Positions 26,063 through 39,793 of a stretch of 64,000 nucleotides of DNA are shown piece by piece (the stretch's first letter is position 1; each line of letters starts with the position of its first letter). Position numbers and translations under genes: made by a program. This DNA is from Camelus dromedarius (taxonomy: Eukaryota): the NCBI RefSeq assembly GCF_036321535.1, contig NC_087472.1, forward strand, positions 93,374,001-93,438,000. The letters are read 5' to 3'. The notes under the pieces were generated by a model. The model did not search any database and was not told where the DNA came from. It saw only the letters and a program-made list of their open reading frames with translations.

Positions 26063-28009
26063 TTGCTTTGTGTCTCATTTTAAATTGAACATTAGGGAGA
26101 TGCAGTATTTTAATTCTAACGCTGCCAACATTTTTTATCCAGAGGCTTGTCATTTTTGTCATTTAAGCAATTTTTGACTTCGAGAAAGGCAAGATTGCAT
26201 TTCTATCTTGATTGAGTTAGTGTATTATATCCTTGGTTATCAAAATAGTTATGGCCTTCAGGCTATGAATGGTAAATATCTATATATGAAAAGGAAAGAT
26301 GAATACTATGTGATCTCAACCACAAAAATGTGTGTCACTGTGTAAATACACACACACACAGGAATAAAAGTTTTTAAGTCAAACTATAAACTGCTTGTGA
26401 TTATGGATGATTTTTATGTTCTTTACTTGTTGGGCTCTATAATGCACATAATAACTTTTAAAAGTTGGAGGGATGTGTTATTTTTTTAATTCAGTAGATA
26501 TTGCTGTTTTTACTTCTTAAATCTAATGTTCTTAGATAGAATTAGTAGTCCATGTTAACATTTTTCACCAACTCAGTGGCCTTATTTCTCTGGCCTATAG
26601 GCCTTATTTCAAAGGCCAATAGGACTCTGGTTTAGTCATTTCACTAGGATGTGTATCAACATTAATACTTATTATGAATTGTCCTGGTACACAGCACTTT
26701 CAGATTGAATACCTAGTCTTATTTTATTATAGGAAAACTCCCTTGTATCATATTCTTAAAACATTTATTTTCTATTCCATGTATTCAATTTTGTTTTCAG
26801 GCCAGCCAGTATCCTCTCTTTACACTCTCTGTGACTTTTACCCATTCTTGCTTTTAGATCACTGATTCACTTCTTGGCAGCTTTGGTTTTGCTCTTCACT
26901 ACTTTGACATGCATTTTAAATTTGTCTTTTCTCCTCTGTTTAATGCTTTAATTTTGGAAGTGCTCTTTTTATCTCATCCTGTTTTTACATCATCTTATAA
27001 CTTATAATCTCATTTTCCTAGAGGCAGTTTTCTTTTTATTTTCCTTGAAACTCTGAGGGGTTGTTTAAGTTTTTTCCTTTTCTTTTTTCCTTTCTTTCTT
27101 TCTTTTCTTCTTTAAAATAATACTTCTAAAGTGAGCTCTACTCATCAGTGTCTCTTTTGCCTCATTTCTTCTGCCTTCCTGCCTTTTCCTTCTCCCTTCC
27201 TCCTCTCTCTGGGGACTCCTCCCTCCACTCCCTCCTCTTCCTGTTGCTTCTTCATCCTCTCTTCTCCTTTTATAATTTTATTTAGTTCCCAGTTTTATTT
27301 ATTTCCCCTACTTATCTATGAATCAGCATGTGATTATATATTTCTTTGAGGAATATATGTATACAGATATTTTTAAATGCTAGGTGGGGAATTCTCTTTG
27401 GACCTGCTTCTGGCTCCAGAGTGGTGTAATAGGATTCACTTTGGCTTTCTTCACTATCTACCTGGGTACTGTATGAATTTTCCTCCAAGACCATGAGCTG
27501 AAGGGCTGAATATGGATGGACAGAAAAAAATGTTATGGCTTGGTTAAACTTCTAGTGCAGGCTTAGAATTTCTCTTCAAATCATTTCACACATTTTATCT
27601 TTTTTCATTGCATTAGGTTCTGTGGGAAGACTTTCTGCCTAACTTCTGTAAGGAGACATCTTTATGCCTAAAATATATTTTTTATATTTGGATATACTAC
27701 TAAGTTTTTTTTTTTTTGTCTAATCATTTATTCACTCCTCTCTACCTTTCTTTCTAAAAATGGAGTCTTAGAATTTCATTGCCAATTTGATCCAAATTGT
27801 TAAATTACATTCTCTAGGCTTGGAATCTAAGTTTTAAACTCCTTCCATAGTTTTAGAGCTGACTACGTACTTGCTTATTTTAATTTCTTTTCATTCTCTT
27901 CAGTTGTTTTGCAAGAAAAAGTTATTTTGTGCTTTCATGTATACCATTTCCCCTAGTTATGTATTTGTCAGCAAATGTTACTGTATGCATTGTAATAAGA
28001 GCTACATTT

Positions 28010-28170
28010 ATAAAATGCCTACAATACATCAGGCACAGGTCTTTGCATAATTCTGTTTTAGGAGACAGATAACTTTTCATATGTTTTAGAGGAAGAAACA
28101 GGCTCAGAGAGATTAAAAAATTATCCTACTTGTAGACCTATTAGCCAAGATTTTAATCTCAGGTTTGTTT
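28010..28170 (-). mobile_element. MIR fragment
   Basis: ttttagaggaagaaacaggctcagagagattaa resembles the antisense MIR core. Confidence 0.6.
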
Positions 28171-30394
28171 GTTTAAAGCTGTTGGGGTTTTTATATGTAT
28201 GTTTTTGTTTGGTTTGTATGATTGTTTTTATGAAATACTACCTTCAGCCAGAAACCGAGATCAAAAGTGTAATTTTTGCTTGAGTTCAAAGTTATGGTCC
28301 AAAGGCCATACATAACATCGTAAATAATACCAGTTCAATTATGGTTTGTTCCCATAAGCTTGCTAACACATTTGACTTATACCTATTCACCATGTATAGT
28401 CTGTACCTCAAATGACCATTAGATTTTTGAAGGCAGTCATATCTTTCTGTAGAGCCTAGTACAGTTCTCCACAAATGAGTCCTTCAAAGAGTAATGTTGC
28501 CTAACTGACGTGAAAACTCCAGAATGAATCCTCGATGATACACTGAAGGTAGTCTAAATGAGCTTTTATTCTATATAAATGTTTATGCATATCCCTCAAG
28601 AGGTGTGGAGCAAATATATGTTGTAGCACTTTCTAATTCACTCTGTAGCTGTATCAAATAGAGATAGTCACAAAAATAGGGGAAAATTGCTACCTCTATG
28701 ACTTAATTTTATTTCTATAATTAACTCTATAGTTTTAATAAATTAAAAATGTTAAAACTTAGGTGAATAATGAAATGCATACTACAATATATGCAGTTTG
28801 GTCTACAGCATACTAATTAAGCATTTCTCTTCTTCCCAGTGGAAAACCCTAGAGTAAAAAGTTCATATATTAGCAAAGATCTGCTTTCATTTTTGGCCTG
28901 AATCATGGAATGGCAGGATAAGCACAGATTCTCTATCATTTGGGCAATAGCAACATATTCCTTATTCTAAATGAAAATGTTTAAGGGATATCTTATTGAA
29001 AAAAAGATATTTTAGTGGCTCTAATATCTGATTCAACAATTTGTATTTCCATAGGTAATATTATTTTGAATATTTGTAAATGTATTTTTGCCAATTTTTA
29101 TTTGGTACCACCTGGTACTAAATAATGGTGTTTTAAATTTTGTAAAATTAATATTTTTAAAGTTAAATTAAGCCAGATCTCTTTAGATTTATTATGAAGA
29201 AACTAAGTGTTTCCTTGCTCTGTTACAATTCTGAAATGCTGGCCACCATTTATGAGTAAAATAAATACAGTTAAACAAATCTCTCATTAGTTTGCCTATT
29301 AAGATTGCTCTGGTTTGATGGATGAAAACAATAATACATCTAAAAAGCATTCTTGCAGTGGGTTTAGATTTGAAAGGAGACTACATTGTTATCAACATGA
29401 GTAACTCTACATTATGTGCAGTTCAACAAAATCAAAATCATCTTTGGTATGAATGTTGTAGGTTTGAAAATTAATAATATAAAAATGTGATTCAAAAACT
29501 AATGATCGACACATTAAAAATTAAGTGCCAACTAATCTTTTTTCTTTGTAACTTTCCCCATTATACTCTCCTGTTCTTATCACAGCACTCTCCACATATT
29601 CAATAGCTGTGACATTTAAAAAATATTGTATCTGATAATTTAATTATAATTTTTCCAGGGTATGTTTACTTAGCTACTTTGACTTTTTTACTGAATAACT
29701 CATAATATTAAGAATGTGAAAGTGGGACATTAAATGGAACTATTTTAGTCTTATTAGTGTCTCAGGCCACAGGATGTTAAGTAGCAATAACCTCCTATTC
29801 CCAAGTTAGGAGAAGACCATCTATGTAGGACTTGTAAAGGAGGTATGCAAATACCACTTCGATTGTGAACTTCTGTGTATAAACAAGTAGAGGTTGCAGA
29901 AGCAAAGGTATTAGAGAGAATTTCATGGGGAACTTGTAAGGCACTTTTTTCTTCCCCCTAATGGTAGGACTGGAGCTCTGAAGCTCAGACTATCAGTGGA
30001 GAATTAGAGTAGTGGTGGAGAAGCGGGCTCTAATGTGGACCAAATCAGGCAAAGTAAGCTCTCCTCTTCTCCCTCCCAAGAAAACTTCATAGGTTTTCGC
30101 TGTTGGCTGTTTCTTATTGTTCATGGAACTGGGATGTGAACCATTTTATACTGTCTTAAAGAAAAGGGTAACAGGGTATTCCATCTAAAAACAGGGTATT
30201 CCATAGGAGCAGATACATATGTTAAATTTAAGGAATTGGAGATTAAACACTGGATCTCTTTAATTGGCAGCCTAAAGTGACAAAGCATTCAAAATAAAGG
30301 ATTCGTCATTCTCTTTTTCACCAAGACACTAATGGATCCTCAAAAATGCCTGGTTGCACTTGACCAAGTGTTCACAACTGGCCATTTTTTACCC

Positions 30395-30772
30395 TTCAAT
30401 TTGTCTTGACCAAACTTTAGTTAGGCTTTTCTCCTTTTCTACAAGTCCCTGAGCTCTGCTAGCTCCAAAGCTTTAGGAAGCACTAAAAAATGGAACATGA
30501 CCCTTTTTATCAGCTTCTCCTGGGAGTCACATGACCACAGAGACCTTTTTCCTATTAAACCTCACTGGGCATTTCCTCTCACTTGTCCCGTGCTCCCTTA
30601 AAAGATTAAGTTTGTCTCTGCTTGCCCCTCCTTTACACTATGGAAGAAAAACTTTCTCCATTTGATTTTGAGACCCAGATTTCTGAGATTGGAGAATTCT
30701 CACAATTGCAGTTGTCTTTCTTTCTAATTAAAGTCTCTCCCTGTCTAAGCACAAATTTGTTTATATTTGACA
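30395..30772 (+). mobile_element. Solo LTR, MER31/MER67-like
   Basis: ttgaccaaactttagttaggct near the start; ends attaaagtctctccc...tttgtttatatttgaca. Confidence 0.65.
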
Positions 30773-30816
30773 TACTTCATGTACTTGAAATGTTTGAGGG
30801 ACTGGAAGTATGTTCA

Positions 30817-32050
30817 TGTTAAAGGTAACAAACTCAAGCAAAAAATACTTGAAACAAAAGATAATTTATCAGTACTAAGAATTTCAGAGCTGCTTTTGAC
30901 TTCAATTAGAGGTAAATATTCAGAAGATCAAATTGTCGCCGATAGGTGCAACTGGTGTTCCAGGTTCTTGTCCCGTCCCAGAAAGAATTCAGAGACAAGA
31001 CTTAGGGGTTAAAAAGGTAAAGTGAGGGTTTATTAAAGGATGGATAGTACACTCTCAGGGGAGTGCGGGCAGGCTCAGGTGAGCAGCTGTCCCGAGTTTC
31101 TTTGGCAAGTTACATAGGGTGTAAAAATGAATGGGCGGAATATTCATTGGGGAGGGAAGGGTTTGGGGTCGTATTCCCTGATTATCATCCCAACTCCACC
31201 TTCCCAAAGGGAGGAGGGATTTTTGTCCTTATTTAGTCTGGATCGGAAGTGTCATGGCGTTGGTGCATAATGGGTACTTCTGATCTGCAAGGCTAATTTT
31301 ATTGAAATGAGGGCATAATAAGTAAAAGGTTACATTCGGACACTGGAAATTCCTGCCTTTTCTGACCTTTCTTTGTTGGTCTCCAAGCCAAAAGGTGTGG
31401 TCCCTTATCAGCCCAAAGATTCCAGCTTTTCTTTCTCTGCCCAAGGATCCCTGCTGCTCACATGATGTGTGGTTTCCTGCATTTGGCCTGTGCCCCTCCT
31501 TTCTGCCTAATTCCTGCCATTTGGTCTGTGTCCCCCTTTCTCTGCTTATATCTAGCTATCTGCCTGCTCTAACAAAATGACATCCTGAAAAGATCTTTTT
31601 CTGAGAAAAACGAACTGAAGTTTAATAATATGTATACCTCCTGTATACATAGGAGATAACCAAGAAAACTGAGTAACTCCCCAAAATGACCCAAGCTACC
31701 ACTTTAAATAACATCTTTAGCTAAAGACAAAAGAAGATGTTGGGGTGAGGAGGCCAGTTGTGGGAGGTTACCAGACAAAGCACAATAAACAGGGGTAAGG
31801 TTGTTATGCAGATTTAAATTTTTGCCTTCTCCATTGATAAGTTTCTAGAGGTTTAGAGTCATCTGTTTTTCCGTGATACAGAATGGGAGACACTCTTACA
31901 AGTGGAGATTTCCCTTATAAATGTAAACATCTCTTACCAAAAGGCAACTTCTACATGGTTTTCAGAGCTTCTCTAATGTCTGCTGTTTTTTAAAAATAAT
32001 AAGCCTAAAGTAATCCTTATTGCCATAGGTGACAAATTCTGCTCCCCATC
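30817..32050 (-). mobile_element. ERV1 LTR (LTR39/MER34-like), interrupted by a younger LTR
   Basis: Continues at 31575 after the nested LTR and ends attctgctccccatca. Family from memory; left boundary uncertain. Confidence 0.55.
30934..31574 (-). mobile_element. Young ERV1-type solo LTR
   Basis: TG...CA ends, perfect 4-bp TSD aaat (30930-33 / 31575-78), AATAAA on the minus strand at ~31028, CpGs retained. Confidence 0.85.
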
Positions 32051-32065
32051 AGCTGCTAGTAGGAG

Positions 32066-32765
32066 TGTTGGTCTGTCTTTTGGGTTCCTGGACCCAATTT
32101 CCAACTTGTGGGACACACACACACACACACACACTACAGAGGCCAATCACATGCCCAGATTATCACCTGTGCTTCTGACTGGCTATAAATCAGCGGTTCG
32201 CATGATCCCCTCCTTGGGTTCAGTTAATTTGCTAGAGCCGTTTACAGAACTCAGAGAAACATTTTACTTACTAGATCACCAGTTTATTATAAAAGGATAT
32301 AACTCAGGAAAAGCCAGATGGAAGAGTTGCATAGGGCAAGGGATGGGGTAAGAGTGTGGAACTTCCACGCTTTCTCCAGGGACTCTGTTCTCCCCAAATC
32401 CCCCCTTGTTCAACTGGGAAGCTCTCCAAACCCATCCTTTTGAATTTTTATGGAGACTCTATTACATAGGCACAATTGATTAAGTCACTGGTCATTGCCA
32501 ATTGAACTTAATCTCTAGCCCGAAAGTTCCAACCCACTAATTGCTGGGTCGATTCCCCTGGCAACCAGCCCCCATTAAGTTTACCTAAGGGCTTTCCAAA
32601 AGTCACCTCATTAACATAACAAAAGATACCTTTATTGCTATTATTACAGGAAATTTCAAGGGTTTTAGGAGCTGTGTGCCAGAAACTGTGAAGGAAAACC
32701 AAGTATATATAACCAAATATATGATGACCAAATAAATGTATTTTTCATAAATCACAATATCGTAG
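32066..32765 (-). mobile_element. MER21-like LTR
   Basis: ccccctccttgggttcagttaatttgctagagc-like core with ...cagtttattataaaaggatataactcagg, and terminal ataaatcacaatatc. Confidence 0.8.
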
Positions 32766-33869
32766 TCCAAAATTAGATTGTTGTGCCTTCTGAGATTTAT
32801 GTGTTACAGGCACTCAGATGGTTAAGGAAAAAGGAATAGGAAAACAAAAATATGATTTATGAGGCATAAATGCATGATTTATGGACAGTTTAAGAAAGCA
32901 TAATTTCTTGTTTAGCAGGAAGACCAGTTGCTTTAGGTTAGGGGCTTGCAACTCTTGATGTAGAGGTAGCAAAAACATCTTAACTGTTGTGGGCACACAA
33001 TGGTGATGGTGATATGCTGGTTGGTAAAGAACTACCAGAGATGGAGAGGAGTTTAAGAAAGTTTAATAGGGACGCTGCTATAGGCAACAGGAGGCCACAT
33101 TGGGTAAACGCTGAGAGTGCACGGGCAGGGTGTTCTGTTAGGGGAGGGGACTGTGCACACAAGGAGTAGAGGCTGCAAGACGAATTCGTGCACAGGTACC
33201 TGATTGGTTTTAAGATCTGCAGGGACTTCTCTGAACAATAGGTTTTATGACTTTGAAGAGGGCAGAATGTGAGGCCTGTCCTCCTGGGGTATTAGGGTAT
33301 TGTGAGATGGGCTATCTCCCAGGGCCAAGGGTTTTGTTAGGGTAAACACACATTAAGAGAAGATGTTTTGTATCTGTCTTGCAGAAATGCAGGTATGTGA
33401 AGGGTCTTGTAGTGGGGAGTGGGGGTTAAGGTGTCAATGGGCTCCAGGCACACAGAGAGCCCAAGGGTGGGGGTTTTATGACTCTAGAGAGTGCCAGCTT
33501 TCTCCACATTAACCCTTTATAACCTCTAGGCCTAAATGGTCTCATTAAAAGCTCTTTTCAGGTAGCTTCAGCAAAAGTTCTGTGGATATCGGCCTACCTT
33601 GAGTCAAGTGCTCATCTCTGAAACATTTGCTGTGGACTGAGAGATACAGAAGTTTAATTTGACCAGACCTAGGTCTGGTGCACATCCTTAGGGAGAGGGA
33701 CAGAGTTAGCCTCACTTGAACCACATAATCTGAGAACAAGGGAGGACTGGTTCTCTTTTAATAATCTGAATGTCCACTGAGAAAGAATGAAGCATTCCTG
33801 ACAGCTGTAATCTGGTAGGAATCTCTTGCTGAACATGAACAAAAATTCACATAATACCAACATCACATG

Positions 33870-34801
33870 AAGTCAGCCTGTGTCCATGATGGAGTGTGGT
33901 CACTGTAATCATTTCTAAGCTCAGACAAAAACAAGAACACTGTGAAAACCATAAAACTGTCCATACTTGTCCCTCTCCCAGCTTACAGGGTGGCTGCTGC
34001 ATCTTTACCAATTAGAGCTGTAAACAAAAAATACTGCAAACCGTATCAGTAAACGAAGAATGCTGAAGCCATTAAGTCATCAGCCGCTGCCGCCAGCCCT
34101 GCCCCCCCCCCCGCCCGCCCCCCGTGAAGACAAGCCTGCAGCCCAGCCTCTGCAGTCACTCACAGTGGAGCACTCTGAGGGGACTCAGAATAAGAAAGGA
34201 CAGGATACTGGCCCTAGATAGCTAGGTGTTTGTCAAAGGAATGAATTCAATGAGCCCAAATATTTGCTTCCTCCCATACATAGAAAAGCACTAAATTATT
34301 TAACTTGAGATGTCTAATTTTCTTTAGTTAACAAGTAATCTTTTAATGTTCTGACTCCCTGGTCTTTGTTGTAAAGCTCCTGTATTTCCTAGCTTCTCCC
34401 CTACCTCTTCAGAGCAGTCCCTCAGAGCGATCTGAGAGGCTATCATCCTGGGCTCGAAGAGGTTCAAGTCCTCAGAAATGTCTGCCACATAAAACATGAC
34501 TCTCAACTTTTAGGCCGTCTGTGCATTTATTTCAGTCGACACAGCCTTACTTCATTTTTTATACCTCCTGGGTAAAAATTATTAAGATATCCTGTTACCA
34601 AATTGCCTTTGCTTTTTGACAGCACCTAATCCAGACCTTTACCTGTTAAAATTGGCCAAAGCATCAGAAGTCCAAATCTTAGAATAAGCCCCTCCTAACA
34701 GCCGCTTGTTGACTTTTTACCGTAATATGGAGGCTTCTTGCTGCAGCAGGTAATAAACCCAGTTATCTTTCCTGGTGGTCTTTGGCTGGTAAGCATCAAC
34801 A
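33870..34801 (+). mobile_element. Older LTR interrupted by the 34019-34541 LTR
   Basis: Reads continuously across the insert; taataaaccc signal and ...tcaaca end. Left edge uncertain. Confidence 0.45.
34019..34541 (+). mobile_element. Solo LTR, MER41/MER57-like ERV1
   Basis: tgtaaac...tttcagtcgaca ends; TSD gagc / cagc; contains a C-rich run at 34090-34123. Confidence 0.75.
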
Positions 34802-36104
34802 CCACTAAACTCCTACTTAGGGAATCTTGGCTCCTTTATGATGACCACTGCTTTTGTGCATGGAAAAAAATTAGAGAAGCATGTAGCAAATATTTGTGCT
34901 GAACAGGAATGAGAGGCCCTAGGGTGACAGAACACAGATGGCTTCATATTCATGACAGCATGAGGATGCTACTGATACTCAGCTTTAGTTGGTATTTTCA
35001 ACTTTAGTTTGTATCTTCAATGTCTGATGGTGTAGTTTCTAAAGCAGAGACAGGGACTTAAATGATGAGCTATTGCTTGAGGTTACCTCAAAATAAGATA
35101 AAGTGTGAGTAAGCAAAATTATTTCTTGAAGCTTTTGGAAATTCATTTTTTAAAAAGACAATTATTGATTTGCATTTTCAAAGGCTGTACTAGAAAAATA
35201 GATAGTTTTTCCTTTAAAACCTTAACATTTTATTTACCAACTCATCTTCCCTTTCTCAGAAGGCAGCTCAACCTAGAGGCATCCGCTGTGATCCTGCTGT
35301 TTCTCAGATATTCAAGGCATTCCACACACTGGACAGCACTCTGTACCCATGATAATTTCTTTCATCTATCCTTGCATCCCTTCCTTCAGGGTTCTCTGCT
35401 AAGTAGAGATGTAAATTTCAGCAAAAAGGTTAATGGCTGTTAATAGCTAAATGTGTTTCCTTTTAAAGGGTAAAATGCCATAATAGAAAACAACTCTTGA
35501 CCTCTGTTGCGGATGGTCTAAGTTTTAATTTTTCTACTTTTGTGTACAGGCTTGCTGGGCAAGTCATTTATTCTCTCTGAACTACAATTTCTTTATCTGA
35601 AAAGTTCATTCATTTTAGCACTTCCTGAGGGCCTTTGATGTTTTCAGGCCCACAGATAACCACTGGGTTCACAACTATGCCCCTGAATTTGAGAATCTCA
35701 CAGTTCTTTTGTTCCTACCACACAAACTTGTTATGAAACTCAAATTAGGCCATTTATATGAAGACATTTGGACGATTATGTGTTATCATTAGGATGGCAG
35801 CATGTGAAACCCTTCATTGCATTCAACCACAGGAAAAGGTAAGAGTGGGGATTTCAGGGAAAGAAATTGGCTAAAGATGGAGAAATCTTTGGTCAGAGAT
35901 AACTTTTTAAATTTTAAGTTAATTACAAAGAAATTACTGCCCAAATTGAAGGATTGCTATCTCCATAGTTTTATTCATTAATATGTAAACCAAAAAGCTA
36001 TTCTTTCTTTTCTGTCAAAATTAAAGTGCCTTGTTCTTTACTTCTAGCTTGCAATAATACCGATTTGCTGTAAAGAGGGAGAAACAAAATAAAACATAAC
36101 CCCA

Positions 36105-36700
36105 TATTAGTTTTCCATGCTGTGTAACAAATTATCACCAGTTTAGCAGTTTAAAACAATATGTGCTTATTATCTCACAATTTTAGTGGGTCAGGAGTCC
36201 AGATGGTTTAGCAGGGTACTCTGCTTGAGGTCTCACAATATTTCAATCATGGGCTGTGTTCTAATTTGGAGACATGATTGGGGAAGAATCTGCTTCCAAG
36301 CACATTCAAGTTGTTGGCAGAATTACTTTCCTTGCAGCTGTGTGACTGAGGGCCCTGGCATTTTGCTGGCTGTCAACTGTGGAAGCTGCCTCTAGGTCTC
36401 AGAGGCTAACTACGTTTCCGTGACACATGGGCTTCTCCAATATAGCCACTTACTTCATCAAGCCACTCTGGGTCTAGTCCTTTTAAAAGGATTTTCACCT
36501 GATTAAATCATTCCCACCCTGGATTATCTCCTTTTGATTAATACAGTATTTGGGATCTTAATTATATCTGCAGAGTTCCTTTACCTTTGACATATTCTAT
36601 GGCTAGAAGCAAGTCACAGTTCTTGTCCACACTCAAGGGGAGGGTGTTTTACAGGACATGAAATAAAAGGGAGTGGGAAACATGAAGGCTACTGTAGCCC
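36105..36700 (-). mobile_element. MLT1 (MaLR) solo LTR, MLT1D/E-like
   Basis: gctgtgtaacaaattatcac...ttattatctcaca...ggaagaatctgcttccaagc. Confidence 0.8.
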
Positions 36701-36924
36701 TTAAAAAGAATCAAAGAAAAGATCATTTTTAAAAAATCTTAAATTTGATTTTTTAAAATCAAGTTCACTGTACCATTTCCTTAGCTTCTCTATCACAGTT
36801 GTTTTTGTTTTATAAGCTGCTTTAGGAAATAGAGCTATATCCCTCCAGGGGTGATAGGCAGTGCATATTTATAGTAGATGGAGAAAGTATGAGGGCTATA
36901 TTGGTGATGTTATCAGTAATACTA

Positions 36925-37685
36925 CTTAACAGTTAACTCTGTGCCATGGATTATTCTAAGTATTCTATGTAAGTTTTTAAATTTAATTCTCACAACAACC
37001 CTACGAGATAGGTACTAATTATTATATAAAGGAAAAATGTGATTATTTGGAAGATCTACATAAGAATGCCTAGTAATAGTTATGCCTTTGGTGCTTATTG
37101 TGATGTGTATGTAGTTGCTCAATCCAGTCTGACAGTCTAAAACAATTATGGTTAACATTTAGAGTCTACAATACTTACATAGACATTACATCAAAGGGTC
37201 TTGGCAAGTTGTAAACAACAAGCAGCATGCTGGTTGTTAGGTAGTCTGGGTTTCTAAAGCTGACCCTGCTTTTTCACTTATGGAGAACTTGAGCTAATCA
37301 CTCCAACTCCCTAGATCCCAAAAATCTTTCCTTAAAATGAAGATTTAAAACTAGATCATCTGTAAGAATCTATCTGTACTTAAGTAAAACACGTTCAAAA
37401 TGCATGAGGAATTTTTCACACAGGGTCCACCTAATAACCAAAACACATTTCTGAGTACTTTAACTACATATACTAGAAGTAATGCTAGGTGAATTAAGTT
37501 TATATTTGGGCAAGGGTTTTGTGACAAGACAGGCTTACGTTTGCATTCCAACCCTAAAACTTATTAGCTGCAAGTGAGTCTGAGCATCAGTGTCCTCCCC
37601 TGTGAAACTGCAACTTATTATGGGAATCAGTTAAGATAACTTACATAAAGCCATTAGTATAATGTCTGGTGCCATGATGTTGCTC
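36925..37685. mobile_element. Cluster of MIR/MIR3 fragments (36925-37025 -, 37225-37370 +, 37530-37685 +)
   Basis: aattctcacaacaaccctacgagataggtac and tctgagcatcagtgtcctcccctgtgaaa resemble MIR. Confidence 0.55.
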
Positions 37686-37845
37686 ACTTTCTCTTCTTAT
37701 TTGGGAAAAAAATGAAATGTAAAAGAAAAATCTATAAGCAAGACCGAATGAATTTTATCTTTATATAGCAATTGAAACTTTGAAAATATAAACTTCTTAA
37801 ATTTTCCTTTGGATGGTTATAACCATATAACACTGCACAGTAGGG

Positions 37846-37875
37846 GTGTGTGTGTGTGTGTGTGTGTGTATGTAT
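37846..37875. repeat. (TG)n microsatellite
   Basis: Directly visible. Confidence 0.9.
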
Positions 37876-38896
37876 AAAGCTATTGTGTGAATAAAGAAGT
37901 TCCCTTGTTAGCTGAATGAATCTTATAAGTTGGAAGACTTGAATACAAAATATCTCCCTTGGCGGTTATAAAGGAAAGTCGTGTATATTTCTGATGTTCC
38001 ATTACACATACTTTAATTGCAGTGGTATTTTAATTGCACCATGATTGCAGTTTTATAAGGGAGACTTATAAAAATAGTCTATGGTATACTATATTGAATG
38101 AAGCATTTCAGCATTTAAGAAGATGATATAAATAAGAGTTGTAAACTACATTAAGCTCTTTTTATAAGGTGATTGCTCTTTAATTCCACCTTCACTGCCC
38201 ATAGGCTAAAAATGGTTGGAAAATGAACACTATAATTGACTAGCATGGGAGATTTTAACACTTACTTGCAGTGTTGAGGGAAATCAGTTTCTGTACATCT
38301 TCTGAACTAAGCTAAAATCTGTATCTAGAGCATTCCTGTTAAGTGGCCATCTTACCAACCTTGCCTTTATATGTTTCATTCTAATTTCTTTGTGGGATAC
38401 CCTTGCTCATATAATCAAAAATAAATATGGATATGTTATGCTTTTAGGATCAAGCATGGCCCCTTTGATCATTCCTTTGTGGATGTTCCAGGTATTAAGA
38501 AAACACATGGTTGAAAATTTTCCTTTTTAGAAGTCCTATGCCCACAATATTTGCTGGTGTACTTTCACAATCTTTTATTATTATTTTCTTTTCCATTTTT
38601 TGTCCAACTATATTCAGAGAAATTGATATCACCATGAAGAAACATGCTGATTCAGAGAGGTCTTTTTTAAAAAAAAAGAAATTAAAAAGAGCAAAGATCA
38701 CAGCAGCTGTTTTTCATCTAAGTTCAACCACTTTTTGAATGAGTGACTAATATTTATGAGGCTCTAGCCATCAGAATCTGTCAGGATTGACCCAGCTTTA
38801 CTAAAAGATAATATAATAAATAGTTGTTAGAAGTATTTTACTTCTAAATGAACAGACTCAATTAGTGCTTTCTCAAATGTCATTTTGGTGTATATG

Positions 38897-39054
38897 CAGT
38901 TGACCCTTGAACAATGCAGGTTTGAACTGTGCAGGCCCGGTTATAGGTGGATTTCTTCCAATAGTAAATGCTACAGTCCTACATAATCCACGGTTGTTGA
39001 ATCCGCAGAGGCGAAACCACCAATGCAGAATTGCAGTTGTGCAAGGGTCAACTG
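38897..39054. mobile_element. Tigger2-family MITE (158 bp)
   Basis: TIRs cagttgacccttgaacaa / ttgtgcaagggtcaactg. Confidence 0.9.
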
Positions 39055-39793
39055 CATTAGAAATACTTTTGCTCCTAACTTAAAAGTACTTTAACAAAAT
39101 TGGGAGTATATGCATAAAATGGGATCACTTTCTTCCCTGAAAACAATTGAGCACAAACAGCATGGAAAAATAAAGTAAAAACTCAAACTTGGTGGAGGAA
39201 AAAAAGAAAAAAAAAAACCTCTGACCTCCAAATCCCCAGTGAATTAGAGTAAAATTTGGACCATATCAAGATAGCAGCCCCAGAGAAATTACATACCTTT
39301 CAGTTCTCAGGCATCTATCTCTTGGAGGTGTTTGTAAGTCCGTAGCCTACTTAGCTGACCATCTATCCACTGAACCATAAGGCCATTTACCATGGACAGG
39401 CTAGAGAAGTATGGCAAAACTTATGTGATATAGAGAATTTCAGGGGAAAGTGATGATCAAAGAATTAGATATGCCATCAATGAAAGATGCAGATTATAAT
39501 TATGGCTGAGCTTAGATGATTGGCAGGTGAAGCTAAAGATCTATAGTTGCTGATCTGGTTAACTGAAGAGTAATGAAAGCTAAATCACCATCTAAAGGAT
39601 CTTTGAAGTGCTAGATTCACTGAGTCAGGCCTTCTACCAACTGGTAGGTGGAAAATACTCTCAGCATTGAATGTCAGGGAGGAAAAGTTCTAATTCTGTT
39701 GATCTAAACCCAGAATACTTGCTTCCTTAATTCATCCCCCGGTCTTTCTCCCTCACAGTATTTAACGAAAGCTTGGCTGTAAAAGATATGTTC

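Noticed and set aside
23195..26300. Identification as a known X-inactivation-centre lncRNA (JPX/FTX)
   Set aside because: High L1 density suggested it, but I saw no match to remembered exon or miR-374/421/545 sequences; the chromosome cannot be assigned.
32985..33510. G-rich segment possibly another LTR
   Set aside because: No family, TSD or poly(A) signal that I could support.
38051..38073. Hairpin ttttataag-ggaga-cttataaaa
   Set aside because: A 9-bp AT-rich stem is expected by chance in 64 kb.
38448..38491. Possible small coding exon (ttttag|gatcaagc...ttccag|gtatta)
   Set aside because: Weak donor, no recognisable peptide and no supporting neighbouring exons.
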